IMG/VR virus record: IMGVR_UViG_3300045988_103544
Span: 18,803 to 82,802 of that record
Source: a virus
Reading direction: 5' to 3' (one strand)
Length of the DNA stretch: 64,000 nt
The position numbers were made by a program, and so were the translations under genes. This document shows, piece by piece, positions 31,205-42,040 of the stretch; position 1 is the stretch's first letter; each line of letters starts with the position of its first letter. The notes under the pieces were generated by a model. It did no database searches and was not told where the DNA came from. It saw only the letters and a list, made by a program, of their open reading frames with translations.

Positions 31205-32758
31205 TTATACATTTACATTGGTGTTTTCTACATCGCCATTAACGTTAACATTCTTGTTAACCTTAGCATCAATGGTGTTAGCCTTCATAATGTCTGCCAT
31301 ATCTACACCTGTGGCATCTTTTACAATGTCACGAGTCTGCTTAATAATAGCAGGCACATTACCAGAAATACCAGAAGCCTCAGAGCCATTAGTTCCATAA
31401 ACTGTCATATTACCAATCTTACTCATAGGTTCAGCAATATACTTAGCCATATCAGGAAGAACTTTCTCATTAAGTTTAGAAAGCATGTCAATTACAGCAA
31501 TAGAACCATACTTACTATATGCTTCAGCCTTCTTCTGCATAGCCTCAGCTTCTGCAAGACCCTTAGCCTTCACACCTTCAGCTTCTGCCAAAAGTTTAGC
31601 TTTAGTACCTTCAGCTTCTGCAGTCAAGGTCTGCTGAGTAGCATATGCTTCAGCTTCACCCTTAGCACGAATACCTGCTGCCTCCTGCTCCTGAGAATAA
31701 CGATTAGCTTCAGCCTTAGCTTTTACAGCCTTAGCAGTTTGCTCTGCTTTATAAGCTTCAGCCTCAGCCTCACGCTTCTGCTTCTCCAAAGCAGCCTGAG
31801 CATCAATTTCTGTCTGATACTTGTCAGCATCAGCCTTAGCATTTACATCTGCAAGATACTCATTCTGCTTAATCTTAATCTTCTCCTCAGACAAGGTCTG
31901 TTCCTTACGAGTCTTCTCAATATCAGCATCTACAGTCTTGATATTAATAGTTTTCTGCTGCTCTTGCTGCTGAATTTCATATGCGGCATCAGATTCAGCC
32001 TTCTTAATATCAGATAATCTCTTCAGTTCAGCTCTCTTAATAGCTAATTCATTATTACGTTCAGCAATAATGGTGTCAGCTTTTACTCGTGCTTCATTAG
32101 CCTCATTGTCAGCCTCAGCCTGAGCCTTAGCTACATCTCTATCAGCATTAGCACGGGTAATCTTAGCATTCTTCTGAATAGCTGCTGTATTATCAGCTCC
32201 CAAATCACGGATCAAGCCTTTCTCATCAGTAATATTCTGAATATTGCAAGACAAAATCTCAAGACCTAACTTAGCCATATCAGGAGCTGCCTTCTTCTGA
32301 ATTTCATCAGAGAATGCATCTCTATCAGTGTTAATCCTAATCAAGTCAAGAGAACCTACTACTTCACGCATATTACCTTCCAAGGAATCTTTCACCTGAG
32401 CAGCAATCTGAACAGAATTCATATTCAAGAAGTTCTTAGCTGCAAGTCTAGTGCCTTCTGTATCAGGTTTTACCCTAACTTTACATACGGCATCTACCAT
32501 TACATCCAAGAAATCATGAGTAGGAACTGGTTGTGAAGTCTTAACATCAACTGTTACTTGACCAAGATATACTTTATCTAATCGTTCAAGTACAGGAATT
32601 TTTACTCCACCACCACCGATAAGTACTCGTGGCTCCTTACGAAAACCTGAAAGAATATACGCCATCGAAGGAGGAGCTTTAACATACATTGTAGCAATAA
32701 TAACAAGCAGTACAATAATAACGACTGCGATAACACCAATAAAAACTAAATGTTCCAT
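31205..32758 (-). CDS. SPFH/band-7 flotillin-like membrane protein
   Basis: N-terminal TM helix, SPFH-like core, then a long Ala/Glu/Lys coiled-coil (AEAEAYKAEQTAKAVKAKAEA...) typical of flotillins. Confidence 0.6.
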   Translation of the reverse strand: MEHLVFIGVIAVVIIVLLVIIATMYVKAPPSMAYILSGFRKEPRVLIGGGGVKIPVLERLDKVYLGQVTVDVKTSQPVPTHDFLDVMVDAVCKVRVKPDTEGTRLAAKNFLNMNSVQIAAQVKDSLEGNMREVVGSLDLIRINTDRDAFSDEIQKKAAPDMAKLGLEILSCNIQNITDEKGLIRDLGADNTAAIQKNAKITRANADRDVAKAQAEADNEANEARVKADTIIAERNNELAIKRAELKRLSDIKKAESDAAYEIQQQEQQKTINIKTVDADIEKTRKEQTLSEEKIKIKQNEYLADVNAKADADKYQTEIDAQAALEKQKREAEAEAYKAEQTAKAVKAKAEANRYSQEQEAAGIRAKGEAEAYATQQTLTAEAEGTKAKLLAEAEGVKAKGLAEAEAMQKKAEAYSKYGSIAVIDMLSKLNEKVLPDMAKYIAEPMSKIGNMTVYGTNGSEASGISGNVPAIIKQTRDIVKDATGVDMADIMKANTIDAKVNKNVNVNGDVENTNVNV

Positions 32759-32837
32759 AAATTTGTAAATGTTTAAATAATAAAAATTAAATATCTAAGA
32801 ATTAACTGATGTTAATTCCAAGGGGGCATTTATTTTT

Positions 32838-33992
32838 TTATAATTCGTAATTTACAAGACCTGTAGCTTTACTTGTAGAATAGCAACTATTAATTATATG
32901 TATTCTAATATTCCCATAATCAGTCATAGTTACTACATATTTTTCTTTAATACTTACCATCAATATACGACCATCCTCAAAATAATCTCCAGGTTCCAGA
33001 TATTTTAACTCTTTATCCTCAGTAGTGGAACCATAATCCTCATTGAACTTAATAGACCATTCATTATAGAATTTTCTTTCTTCACTAGTATATTTCTCCC
33101 AATCTTTCTTTTTAATTTCTTTAAACTTATAAAAAGCTTTTAATATATTCTTTATATTTTCAGGAGTAAATTTTAAGTCACAATGTCTGATTTGTACTTC
33201 TCTATACAAATAAGTAAACCTAGAGAACTCAATATTAAAGGTTTCTTTAATATTAGGAAGAGCTTCTACTCCATGAATATTAATTTCAGTTGCTATAGCT
33301 TTAATTAAGTCTATAGTAATAATATTCATAGAATGAGTTAACTCTATAACCTTCTCTATAGCAGTTTTATCTTCCAAAATATCGTTAAGAATTTCTCTAG
33401 TAACTTCCTCGGAAAGATTACTAAAAGACTTTTTATATCTTATTCTAGAAGGTCTACCAAGAAGATTTGGGTCTACATTTAACTCATTAGTAGTAAGTAA
33501 AAATACCTTACGATAAATAGAGTTATAAGTACCATCCATGAAAGAAAGAACATCAGAAGAATTTTTAAATTCTTTCTCATATTCATCAAAGAAGAAGATA
33601 CAGTCAAAATCAATAGATGTAGATAAATATTTTATTAATTTACTATTAGTATCAACACCCATTGATTGCACTAAGATTACAGGAAGCTGTAAACGATTAC
33701 AAAGTTCCTTTGCAACGACCGTCTTACCAGTTCCTTTGATTCCATCTAACAGAACACCTAAATTTCCTGTAGTGTTCTCATATGTCTTTAAGACATAATC
33801 AATAAATTTTTGGTTTAGACCATACAGTTTGTAGTCAAACGTAAAAGACTCAGCGATTTTACTTAAGTAAAATCCAGTCATTGAGACTTTTACTTCATAA
33901 ATACCTTTCGGTAATCCTTCAGGATGAGATACTGTTGTCGCACTACCCTGACTAAAAACGTTGCCATCTTGCAACCAAATTTGTTTACCCAT
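32838..33992 (-). CDS. AAA+ ATPase
   Basis: Walker A LLDGIKGTGKTVVAKEL, Walker B CIFFFDEYEK. Confidence 0.6.
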   Translation of the reverse strand: MGKQIWLQDGNVFSQGSATTVSHPEGLPKGIYEVKVSMTGFYLSKIAESFTFDYKLYGLNQKFIDYVLKTYENTTGNLGVLLDGIKGTGKTVVAKELCNRLQLPVILVQSMGVDTNSKLIKYLSTSIDFDCIFFFDEYEKEFKNSSDVLSFMDGTYNSIYRKVFLLTTNELNVDPNLLGRPSRIRYKKSFSNLSEEVTREILNDILEDKTAIEKVIELTHSMNIITIDLIKAIATEINIHGVEALPNIKETFNIEFSRFTYLYREVQIRHCDLKFTPENIKNILKAFYKFKEIKKKDWEKYTSEERKFYNEWSIKFNEDYGSTTEDKELKYLEPGDYFEDGRILMVSIKEKYVVTMTDYGNIRIHIINSCYSTSKATGLVNYEL

Positions 33993-34110
33993 TTTGATAA
34001 ATGTTTAATAATTATTTTAATAAATTTATAAGAATATCTATGTTATATAACATATTATCAATTATTTTAATAGAGTTATTAATATGTTCTTCCATAATTA
34101 ACAGTTAAAA

Positions 34111-34150
34111 TTAAACAAAAATCCCTGAACTATAATAATAGCCCAGGGAT
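34111..34150 (-). terminator. Rho-independent terminator
   Basis: Minus-strand hairpin ATCCCTG...CAGGGAT (7 bp) followed by TTTTTGTTT. Confidence 0.45.
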
Positions 34151-34185
34151 TAAAAACAAATAATAAAAAACAGTTCTATGAACTA

Positions 34186-34515
34186 GTGGAGCATTGGAGA
34201 GTCGAACTCCAGTCACTCCGATTTGCATCAAAACGTTCTTACAGCATAGGTTTTAAAGACTATCCTTGTCTGTTAGGGTTGACAAGATTAATATTGTCAA
34301 CTTCCACCACTCTGTTCCTAAAGTATACAGAGAACTAATAAAGAAATGAAAAATAGTGCACCTTTCTGTTCCTAAGCAAGTGCTGCTCGACTTATTAGGC
34401 AGCAGCCTGATAAGCAGGAGTCATATTGATAACTCTAGCGATTATTGTTTTGTTGTCTCTCCAACTGTCTTGCTGTGTTTCTTATCTCCTCGAAGTTCAA
34501 AACCACGAATGCCCC
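34186..34515 (-). ncRNA. ssrA: tmRNA (SsrA-like), ~330 nt
   Basis: 5' end GGGGCAT pairs with 3' ATGCTCC-A, including the G3.U70 alanine identity pair. T-arm GGAGTTCGACTCTCC. Internal tag-like frame ...ARVINMTPAYQAAA followed by TAA TAA. Confidence 0.6.
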
Positions 34516-34646
34516 ATACTTAAAAGAGTCCTAAATTAGAACTCTTTAATATCTTCTGATTCTTCGGCTATATGGAAAACCCATATTATACCAATCATCT
34601 GGATCTATTTTATCTTCATTACCCATAATTTAAAACTTAATTAATG

Positions 34647-34976
34647 TTAAAAACTAAATTGAATATCTCTATTAACATCTAATAATCCTCCTTGCCAATT
34701 AGATTGAATATCCATACTAAACCATGTACCATATTTAGTTCTTGCAAACCAAATAAGATGATCGTCGTACTCAGGAATATAACAACCTATAAAATAGTCA
34801 GTATCTCCATTCCATATCCAACTACAGTTAAGAGCACTATTTACTAAATGTATCTTTAGATGTATATTAGCCTTATTAAAAGGAATTACTTTCTTTATAT
34901 AAGCTTTATATAATCTACCTGGTGAACATTTACCGTCGTCAAAGAAATTATAAATCTGTTTCTTTTTTGGAATCAT
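34647..34976 (-). CDS. hypothetical protein (109 aa)
   Basis: Minus ORF. Confidence 0.4.
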   Translation of the reverse strand: MIPKKKQIYNFFDDGKCSPGRLYKAYIKKVIPFNKANIHLKIHLVNSALNCSWIWNGDTDYFIGCYIPEYDDHLIWFARTKYGTWFSMDIQSNWQGGLLDVNRDIQFSF

Positions 34977-35574
34977 TTATTATACACTGTCTTAATATAT
35001 TTTCATTAACTATGTTATCATTTGCTCTTGCGAGTTTATCTAATAACTCTAGATTAAATTCTTCCTTTTGAAACTTGAATTGAATCCAGTTAGGTTCAAA
35101 TTCTCTATAATCTAGATGAGACAGAGGTTCATCTGTGTTAAGTACATATTTAACTAATCTAGTTAAACGTTCTCCAGCTAATTTAGATACTACAAAACCA
35201 GATAAATCATAACCTACACCTCTACTTCTCCAATATTCACCTACTTCAGGTTTAGAATCCGGAGCAACATAGAACATTTTACAATAATCTGAAGACTCTA
35301 AAGTTACATAAGTACCTAACTGACTACTACAACATATACCTAAACCAATATTAGAATACAAATTATTATCACGCTTTAATGTAAGAAATACTGGAACTTT
35401 ATCAGGGTCTAAATTATTAATCTCACAATTACGTAGTGCAGTGTGAGCATACTCAAGTAATTTAGATACTGATATAGTACTTAGTTTAGTATCTTCTTCA
35501 CTTTTGTTCTCTTTAATGGCAGCATCAGAACATCTAGTGTGCCAATTTTTCCATTTATCTCCTTCTAAATACAT
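34948..35574 (-). CDS. hypothetical protein (208 aa)
   Basis: Minus ORF. Confidence 0.45.
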   Translation of the reverse strand: MYLEGDKWKNWHTRCSDAAIKENKSEEDTKLSTISVSKLLEYAHTALRNCEINNLDPDKVPVFLTLKRDNNLYSNIGLGICCSSQLGTYVTLESSDYCKMFYVAPDSKPEVGEYWRSRGVGYDLSGFVVSKLAGERLTRLVKYVLNTDEPLSHLDYREFEPNWIQFKFQKEEFNLELLDKLARANDNIVNENILRQCIINDSKKETDL

Positions 35575-36047
35575 ATTTTTAAATATTTAATTAATCACCA
35601 CCAGGCAGGCTATCCAAATATTGAGGAATAGTTACTTCCGTATTATTCTTCTCTTTTTCAAGTTGCTGAATAGCATTTGACTGTCTATCTACAATTATTT
35701 GCAATTCCAGAATTTTTACTTTCTGATAATAGTAGCTAGGAACTGACCAAGCTAAAACAATTATAAAACAAATTGTTGGTAATATCCAAAGTTTATTCAT
35801 ATTTTTTATTTTTAACACCAAACTACATAAACTCCATGTTCACCCTTATAACGAAAGCTAATCTCAAATCCTAACTCTTTAAGGTAATTATAATATTTGT
35901 CAACATTAGTTGTCGGAAGTATAGAACCAATCCAAGCTGCATAATTACCTTTACTAGCTTCTTTAATTATAGCAAAGTTTATTTGATCTAATATATGCGG
36001 GTCTAATACAGCAGACCTAGATATAGTCTTTGCTTCTGTTGCTTTAA

Positions 36048-36452
36048 TCATAACTTTTTAATTTTTAAACTAGCATCTTTAAACCATATATTAAGTCTAT
36101 CTATGGCACTTTCCCACTCAGATTGAGAGCAGATTTTATAATATTTTAAAAAGTTAGTATTATCTGCACTAAATTGGTATATACCTATACATTTACCACC
36201 AGGAGTGATTTTAGTTACAGTATATCCAGTACCATCATTGATAACTACTTTTAGATAAGATGTGTTATCTTTATAGTAGGGATGTTCTCTAAGAGCGCAA
36301 TTATTAACTTTCAGTTTTTTAGCTCTTATATTATTTATTATTTCTCCTATAGTATTCTCTAAATTATCTCTTTGACTTAAAAACTTTATTTTGAGTTTTT
36401 CCAAGTCCTCAATAGACATTTCCGAATAGTTATTTATATTTTCTGTTTTCAT
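36048..36452 (-). CDS. hypothetical protein (134 aa)
   Basis: Minus ORF. Confidence 0.4.
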   Translation of the reverse strand: MKTENINNYSEMSIEDLEKLKIKFLSQRDNLENTIGEIINNIRAKKLKVNNCALREHPYYKDNTSYLKVVINDGTGYTVTKITPGGKCIGIYQFSADNTNFLKYYKICSQSEWESAIDRLNIWFKDASLKIKKL

Positions 36453-36901
36453 AACTATAATTTCTTTAATATTTTTACATTCTTAATTAATGGTTCACCA
36501 TCAGTACCAGTTTCATTTAACAAATCACCTGTTACTAGATATTTATTGCCAGTAAAGTATGCTACATTTATTATAAAACTATTAAGTGCTATTTCACTTG
36601 TTGGAAATGGAAGAACAGGAGAGTATGTTCCATTTATGTTTTTATGAGCTTCATAAACAGACACACCTTTTTCTTTACCTATTACTTCATTATTATTGTT
36701 CCATATAGATGAACATTCATCTTCTGGAATTTCACCAAATCTATAGAATATCATTTATTTTTTTTAAGTTCTATACTACTAAATGCCAAAAATATCCATC
36801 TACTAGTTGAGATATACCTGGTTCTAAACTTTTTAGGTCTTTGAGAATGGAGTATGTAAATTCTTCTAAGATTTCTAAGTTATTATCGTTATTATTCATG
36901 T

Positions 36902-37252
36902 TCATTTTTCTTTAATACCTAGAATATCGTTGATTTTCCTTTCAATAAACTCATCAGAAGTATTTTCTTTTATTAGAGCATCAATGTCAGGCAACTCTAC
37001 ATCAACTTTATCTTCTTGTACTTTTGAAGTGAACATACCAATTACTAATTTCGCCCAAGGACTATTAGCCATATTTGTTAATGAATCCTTTTGGATTTCA
37101 TAAGCTTTCTTTAATTCTTCATTATCACGGAAATATCTGAGAACATCTGTTAATGCAGCAACAAAGTTTTTGTCAGACATTGAATTGCTTTTAGCCTCTT
37201 CCAGTTTAATCATTAGAAAAAGCAATGATGAATGTAAATCTGTTTTGCTCAT
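36902..37252 (-). CDS. hypothetical protein (116 aa)
   Basis: Minus ORF. Confidence 0.4.
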   Translation of the reverse strand: MSKTDLHSSLLFLMIKLEEAKSNSMSDKNFVAALTDVLRYFRDNEELKKAYEIQKDSLTNMANSPWAKLVIGMFTSKVQEDKVDVELPDIDALIKENTSDEFIERKINDILGIKEK

Positions 37253-37634
37253 AACTATTCTTCTCTTATACCAAATGGAGTCCCATCTGCAAATGTATAT
37301 TCTTTAATAGCACCTGAATAATTAGTATTATCATCAACATCTGTTATAAAACTATATTCGATTGCTCCTATTAGTTTAGTCCACCCAAACGGCTGGTGCT
37401 TTTGCATTTCTGCCCAGCACTCTTTTGCATCCTTGAATGGACGATACTTTGGTTCTGGCTTAACACGGTACTCTGTATTATTTCAAAACTCAATCTCTTT
37501 TATTTCCGTCCAATCATTCGGAACACTTGTGCCTTTTACGGCACTCAGCTTTGTCCTACACTCAATTGCCTCTCCTTCTGCAAAAGCTTGCAGAATAGGA
37601 TAAAATTTTTTAGCTTGATTTCTGTTCATATTAA

Positions 37635-37979
37635 TTATAATTTGATTGGAAAACCATGAACATAAACTTCACGATTGTCATAAGTACCATCTTTTTTCTC
37701 CATATGGAAGAAAAGGGTCAAACTCAATGTCGCACACATAAACCTTTCCGATGGTGAACGATATGGAACTATTCTGGAAAGCTGACCTACACGTCCATCC
37801 TCATCCATAATCTTATCTCCAATTTTAACAGGCAAGGCTTTAATATAGTCTTCTTGAAATTGTTTCATTTCTTGAAGTAGCTTATCGCGTCTTACATTTA
37901 ATTTGTCCCTTTTATCTATAAAAGATCTAATAATTTCTAGCCATCTTTCTGCATTCCTTTCTACTTCTTCTTTAGTCAT
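37635..37979 (-). CDS. hypothetical protein (114 aa)
   Basis: Minus ORF. Confidence 0.4.
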   Translation of the reverse strand: MTKEEVERNAERWLEIIRSFIDKRDKLNVRRDKLLQEMKQFQEDYIKALPVKIGDKIMDEDGRVGQLSRIVPYRSPSERFMCATLSLTLFFHMEKKDGTYDNREVYVHGFPIKL

Positions 37980-38085
37980 ATTCTATTTATTTCTTTTATA
38001 GTAATATTAACACGAATTGAGAATCCATTACCTATTTTATACACTCTATGACCAACATAGACAGTTTTAATTTCGTAGGAGTGCT

Positions 38086-38427
38086 TCATTCTTTAGTTTT
38101 AGATTGATTTTTGTAAAACTCTGGAACTCTATTTACTTTCCACCAAGAACCTCCTTCATCGCCACGAGATTCTATCCATACAGGTTCTTTAGTATCTTTA
38201 TCTTGACAGTATACAGTACCTAAAACGTCATCATGCCAAAAGACAGAATCTACTTCAAAGTCTAAGTCCTCTAAAGTGATATAGACTTTACAGGAAAATA
38301 TATTTCTATCTTCATTATAGCGTCTAGCAAAAGCTTCATCACTATTTACTAAGTCTATTTTAAGTATTTCTAGATTATTCTTTTCGACAATCTCTAGAAT
38401 TGACTTTTTAACATTTATTTTACCCAT
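38086..38427 (-). CDS. hypothetical protein (113 aa)
   Basis: Minus ORF. Confidence 0.4.
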   Translation of the reverse strand: MGKINVKKSILEIVEKNNLEILKIDLVNSDEAFARRYNEDRNIFSCKVYITLEDLDFEVDSVFWHDDVLGTVYCQDKDTKEPVWIESRGDEGGSWWKVNRVPEFYKNQSKTKE

Positions 38428-39098
38428 TATTCATCCTCCAACTCTTTAAGTGCATCCTCAATATTACCCATAGCCTTCCAAAGAAGATTATGCTGAGTAG
38501 CACCGCCTTTATTGTATTCATCAAGCTGACTGAATGCTTGACTTAATAATTCCTTAATTTTGCTCATTATTTTCTCTCCTTTGTATTACATGTTGCTTGG
38601 TCTCCTTCATAGTAAGGAGCACCAACTTTAGGTAATACTTGAGTATCCATATTACAGGAACATTGCATCACCCAAGGTGCGTTTACCTTTCCACATCTAG
38701 GGCATATCCATCCTTCTTGTGCCATATTATTTTATTTTTTAAAAACTACCGCAGAATCTACTGGTGTATTTCCTTCATACGTGATACGTAATTCAGTTTT
38801 ACCTTTATATACATCGATTGCTCGTGGTCTACTATTTATGTATCCAATAATAAGTAATAAACCAGTTATAAATCCGACATAAGATATTATAATACCTATT
38901 TTTTCATCAGATTCATGTATGATTGCTATTCCTAAACAGATAGCAAGAATCACAAGAAGAATTCCTAATATTAACCAAATTACCATATTCTTTTATTTTA
39001 TCTTTTTCCTTTTATAGGAAAGAGTAGTTAATTACTCAACTATAACTTTCCAATCTTCTGCTAAGATATCACACTGAGTTGGAGTATAGAATCCAACA

Positions 39099-39545
39099 TC
39101 ACCAGTTTGGCTTCCAATCCCCATTATAATATTTAGCAATATTCATTAGTCTACTTAAATTAACTAACTTAGAGGCATTGCTTTCATTGATAATTATACT
39201 CTTACAATTCTTGCCTAGCTTTAAGGTATCTTCAACATCTTCATAAGTAATAGTACTCTGCTTAAATCTAACTATACCTTTAGCTAAATCACTATTTTCT
39301 AAATCTATCTCCATTCCTTCAGGAATATTAATAGTTAATTGATTATTTTTTATTTCCATATTATTTATTTCTTTAAATATTACATTAGTTTTATCAAATC
39401 TTATACTAGAGACGCATAGACCTATACGTGATCTAATAATACTACAATCGTTCTCTCTAAATGCACAATTCGCACATATATCAGATTTTACTACCTGATA
39501 AATTTTACCATTATAAGTAAATATTTCACCTATTTTTCTTTCCAT
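39099..39545 (-). CDS. hypothetical protein (148 aa)
   Basis: Minus ORF. Confidence 0.4.
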   Translation of the reverse strand: MERKIGEIFTYNGKIYQVVKSDICANCAFRENDCSIIRSRIGLCVSSIRFDKTNVIFKEINNMEIKNNQLTINIPEGMEIDLENSDLAKGIVRFKQSTITYEDVEDTLKLGKNCKSIIINESNASKLVNLSRLMNIAKYYNGDWKPNW

Positions 39546-39565
39546 AATCCTTTTGTATCATATGC

Positions 39566-39913
39566 TTAACTTTTAAAATGTTTAACTATATAATCTAGAG
39601 CTTTGTCATACTCTTCTCTAGTGCACTCTCTACAATATGCATTACTAAAGGCTCTATAATAAGGATGAACTTCCATGGTAGCATACAGCTCAGATGTATT
39701 AACTTCATATACAAATATAACATCTTCTTTAATATCATAGACTTTACAGTATAAACCATTATTATCAGTATAATAGCCCTTCTTGATATTCTTTAATGCT
39801 ATTTTATCTCTTAGCTCATTAATCTTATTTACTAAAGCTGTATCTTGCGCACTTAATAGAGTTCGTTGCTTTTGCAATTCTCTAATTTGATTAAAAATTT
39901 CTTGATTGTCCAT
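39566..39913 (-). CDS. hypothetical protein (115 aa)
   Basis: Minus ORF. Confidence 0.4.
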   Translation of the reverse strand: MDNQEIFNQIRELQKQRTLLSAQDTALVNKINELRDKIALKNIKKGYYTDNNGLYCKVYDIKEDVIFVYEVNTSELYATMEVHPYYRAFSNAYCRECTREEYDKALDYIVKHFKS

Positions 39914-39940
39914 AATTTATTTGTTAATGTGTTAAATATA

Positions 39941-39978
39941 AAAAGGAGTATATTAACTTTTAGTTAGTATACTCCTAT
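39941..39978 (-). terminator. hairpin terminator
   Basis: Minus-strand stem GGAGTATA...TATACTCC (8-9 bp) followed by TTTTT. Confidence 0.4.
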
Positions 39979-39979
39979 G

Positions 39980-40290
39980 AAACCTGGCATTTCAGTCTAT
40001 CAAAGACTTTGGAGAAGTAATACGAATCGAACGTACTTCGACTACTTAGATAATAATCATGTTTCGCCTTATCACCTGTCCTACATACTCCGGATTATGT
40101 AGGTAACTTCTCTTTTCCCTAATTAGGTACAACGATTGAAACTTCGCAGTGGAGGACTTACGAATCTAACGTACTTTGAAACTTTCGTTTACAAATTCCT
40201 GGGGGTTACTAGAATTACCTATTCATTGTTTCCGTTTCTTATCAATCTGCCCTATAATATTCACGACTATATAGGTATCCCCCAAATTGG
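39980..40290 (-). ncRNA. candidate structured non-coding RNA (~300 nt)
   Basis: No minus-strand ORF. GC-richer than flanks. Two similar segments (TACGAATCGAACGTACTTCGAC / TACGAATCTAACGTACTTTGAAAC) and several hairpins such as CCTACAT-ACTCCGGATT-ATGTAGG. Bounded downstream by the terminator at 39941-39978. Confidence 0.3.
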
Positions 40291-40668
40291 TTATTCTTCT
40301 AATAATCCTAAATATTTAATATCAGTACTAACTACTTCTCTATATGCATAGTTGATATATACAGTAGCACCTACTGGAATTTCAAATATTTCTATTTCAG
40401 CACTATACATTCTACCCTTAGCCATTTCTTCAGTTAAGTATGAATGATAACCTTCATGTATATAAAAACGATCATAATTCCAAAGTTCTCCCACACATCC
40501 CATAACAGATATACACCTTTCAAATTTAGGTCCTATCTTTACTGTAGGCATAGTCTGAGATTTATAGTATCTAAAATTTTGATATAAACTTATAAAGATA
40601 CCTAAAGTTTTTGCCGTGCCTACTTTATAAACTTTCAAAGGCTTCTTCAATACAATTGGAGTTGCCAT
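40291..40668 (-). CDS. hypothetical protein, member of local paralog family
   Basis: Shares EGYHSY...IPxGxxYxxxxxxEIVS...Y(L/T)G motifs with 41151-41588 and 41593-41959. Confidence 0.45.
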   Translation of the reverse strand: MATPIVLKKPLKVYKVGTAKTLGIFISLYQNFRYYKSQTMPTVKIGPKFERCISVMGCVGELWNYDRFYIHEGYHSYLTEEMAKGRMYSAEIEIFEIPVGATVYINYAYREVVSTDIKYLGLLEE

Positions 40669-41150
40669 ATAATTTGACTAACACATAATTTAATTATAAA
40701 TTGTTTTACTTTATTTAAATAATTCTATAATTCTCCAATAGATGATTGTATGATGAATACTATATTGTAATATCCAAAATAACAATAGAAGTGTACTATA
40801 CGTTCCTATTCCAAAACTATAAAATATTCGCTTATCTGAATAACTGGAACTAGTATACATTCCCATAAATATAGCAATATAAAGTATTATCATAAATATA
40901 GCCATTATTAATTGAATAAACCAAGGCATAATTATTTATATGTATTGGCATCCAAATCAATAGCCGCCATACCTACTCTCCGCCTACTATAGATAACTAT
41001 CTTATGAGGGCGTTTCTTAGAATCATACATTATTTCTAATGTTTTATACTCATAAGCCCAGCTTCTCTTACCTGTCCACGTGTCAGGATAGTTATAACTA
41101 TTAACTAAAACAACAATTAATAATAATCCTATAATTAATAATACTTTTTT

Positions 41151-41588
41151 TCATAATTTTATATATTTACCTGTGTAGCGAATTTTATTAGAAACAATTT
41201 CACCTTCTTCGTTTGTAAAATATACATAACCTGAGGGAATTATAAAGGTAGCTAAATATAAAGAATTGTCTACTTTAAATATTCTATCACGATTTCCACA
41301 CTGTATAGTTTTTACACAACCTCCAAAGATGCTTGGCACTATTGAATCACATACGAAATTTACAGAAGAGTAACTATGATAACCTTCTGTAATCTTTGCA
41401 AAAATTGAACGAGGTTCAATCATTACTCCTAAAGTTAAAGAAGGCTGTATATTTTTTGAATAGTAGGTATAATCCATAAATGGAGATATACAATATTTCT
41501 TAGTAGCTTTCTTAACTATTTTATATACATTAATATCTTCTTTAGCTATTTGAGCTTTTAATTTATTAATATTACAAGTCCAATACAT
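41151..41588 (-). CDS. hypothetical protein, paralog family member (145 aa)
   Basis: See paralog motif above. Confidence 0.45.
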   Translation of the reverse strand: MYWTCNINKLKAQIAKEDINVYKIVKKATKKYCISPFMDYTYYSKNIQPSLTLGVMIEPRSIFAKITEGYHSYSSVNFVCDSIVPSIFGGCVKTIQCGNRDRIFKVDNSLYLATFIIPSGYVYFTNEEGEIVSNKIRYTGKYIKL

Positions 41589-41592
41589 AATT

Positions 41593-42040
41593 TTACAGTT
41601 TTAAATATCTACCAGTATACATAATTTTATTAGACACAATTTCCCCACAACTATTAATAGTATAGACAGCGCCTTTAGGAATTATAAAAGTTGCTATATA
41701 ACTATCATTTTCAAAAGGTATAAACATTCTTCTATTTCCGAATATCATACGTTTGCATCTATATATCCCCTTAACTATGTGAAAAGGCAGAATTACATAC
41801 AAATTGTACTCCAGTATAACTATGATAAGCTTTTTCTATCTTAAGCGTCCCATACCTTCTAGCTATCTCATTACATTCAAGGGTTGGTATTTTATATAAT
41901 ATATTTGCAGCATAATTAAAGTTTTTAATGATAGATACACACGATTGCTTATTAGCCAATGTAACTATTTTATAAACTTCAATATCTTTATCTGCAACTT
42001 GATATTTTACATTTCTTAAAATTTCTATCCAACATATAAT
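41593..42040 (-). pseudogene. frameshifted paralog of 41151-41588
   Basis: Homologous N- and C-terminal halves lie in different frames (ORFs 41771-41959 and 41593-41802). The N-terminal segment is also out of frame with the ATG at 42040. Confidence 0.4.
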
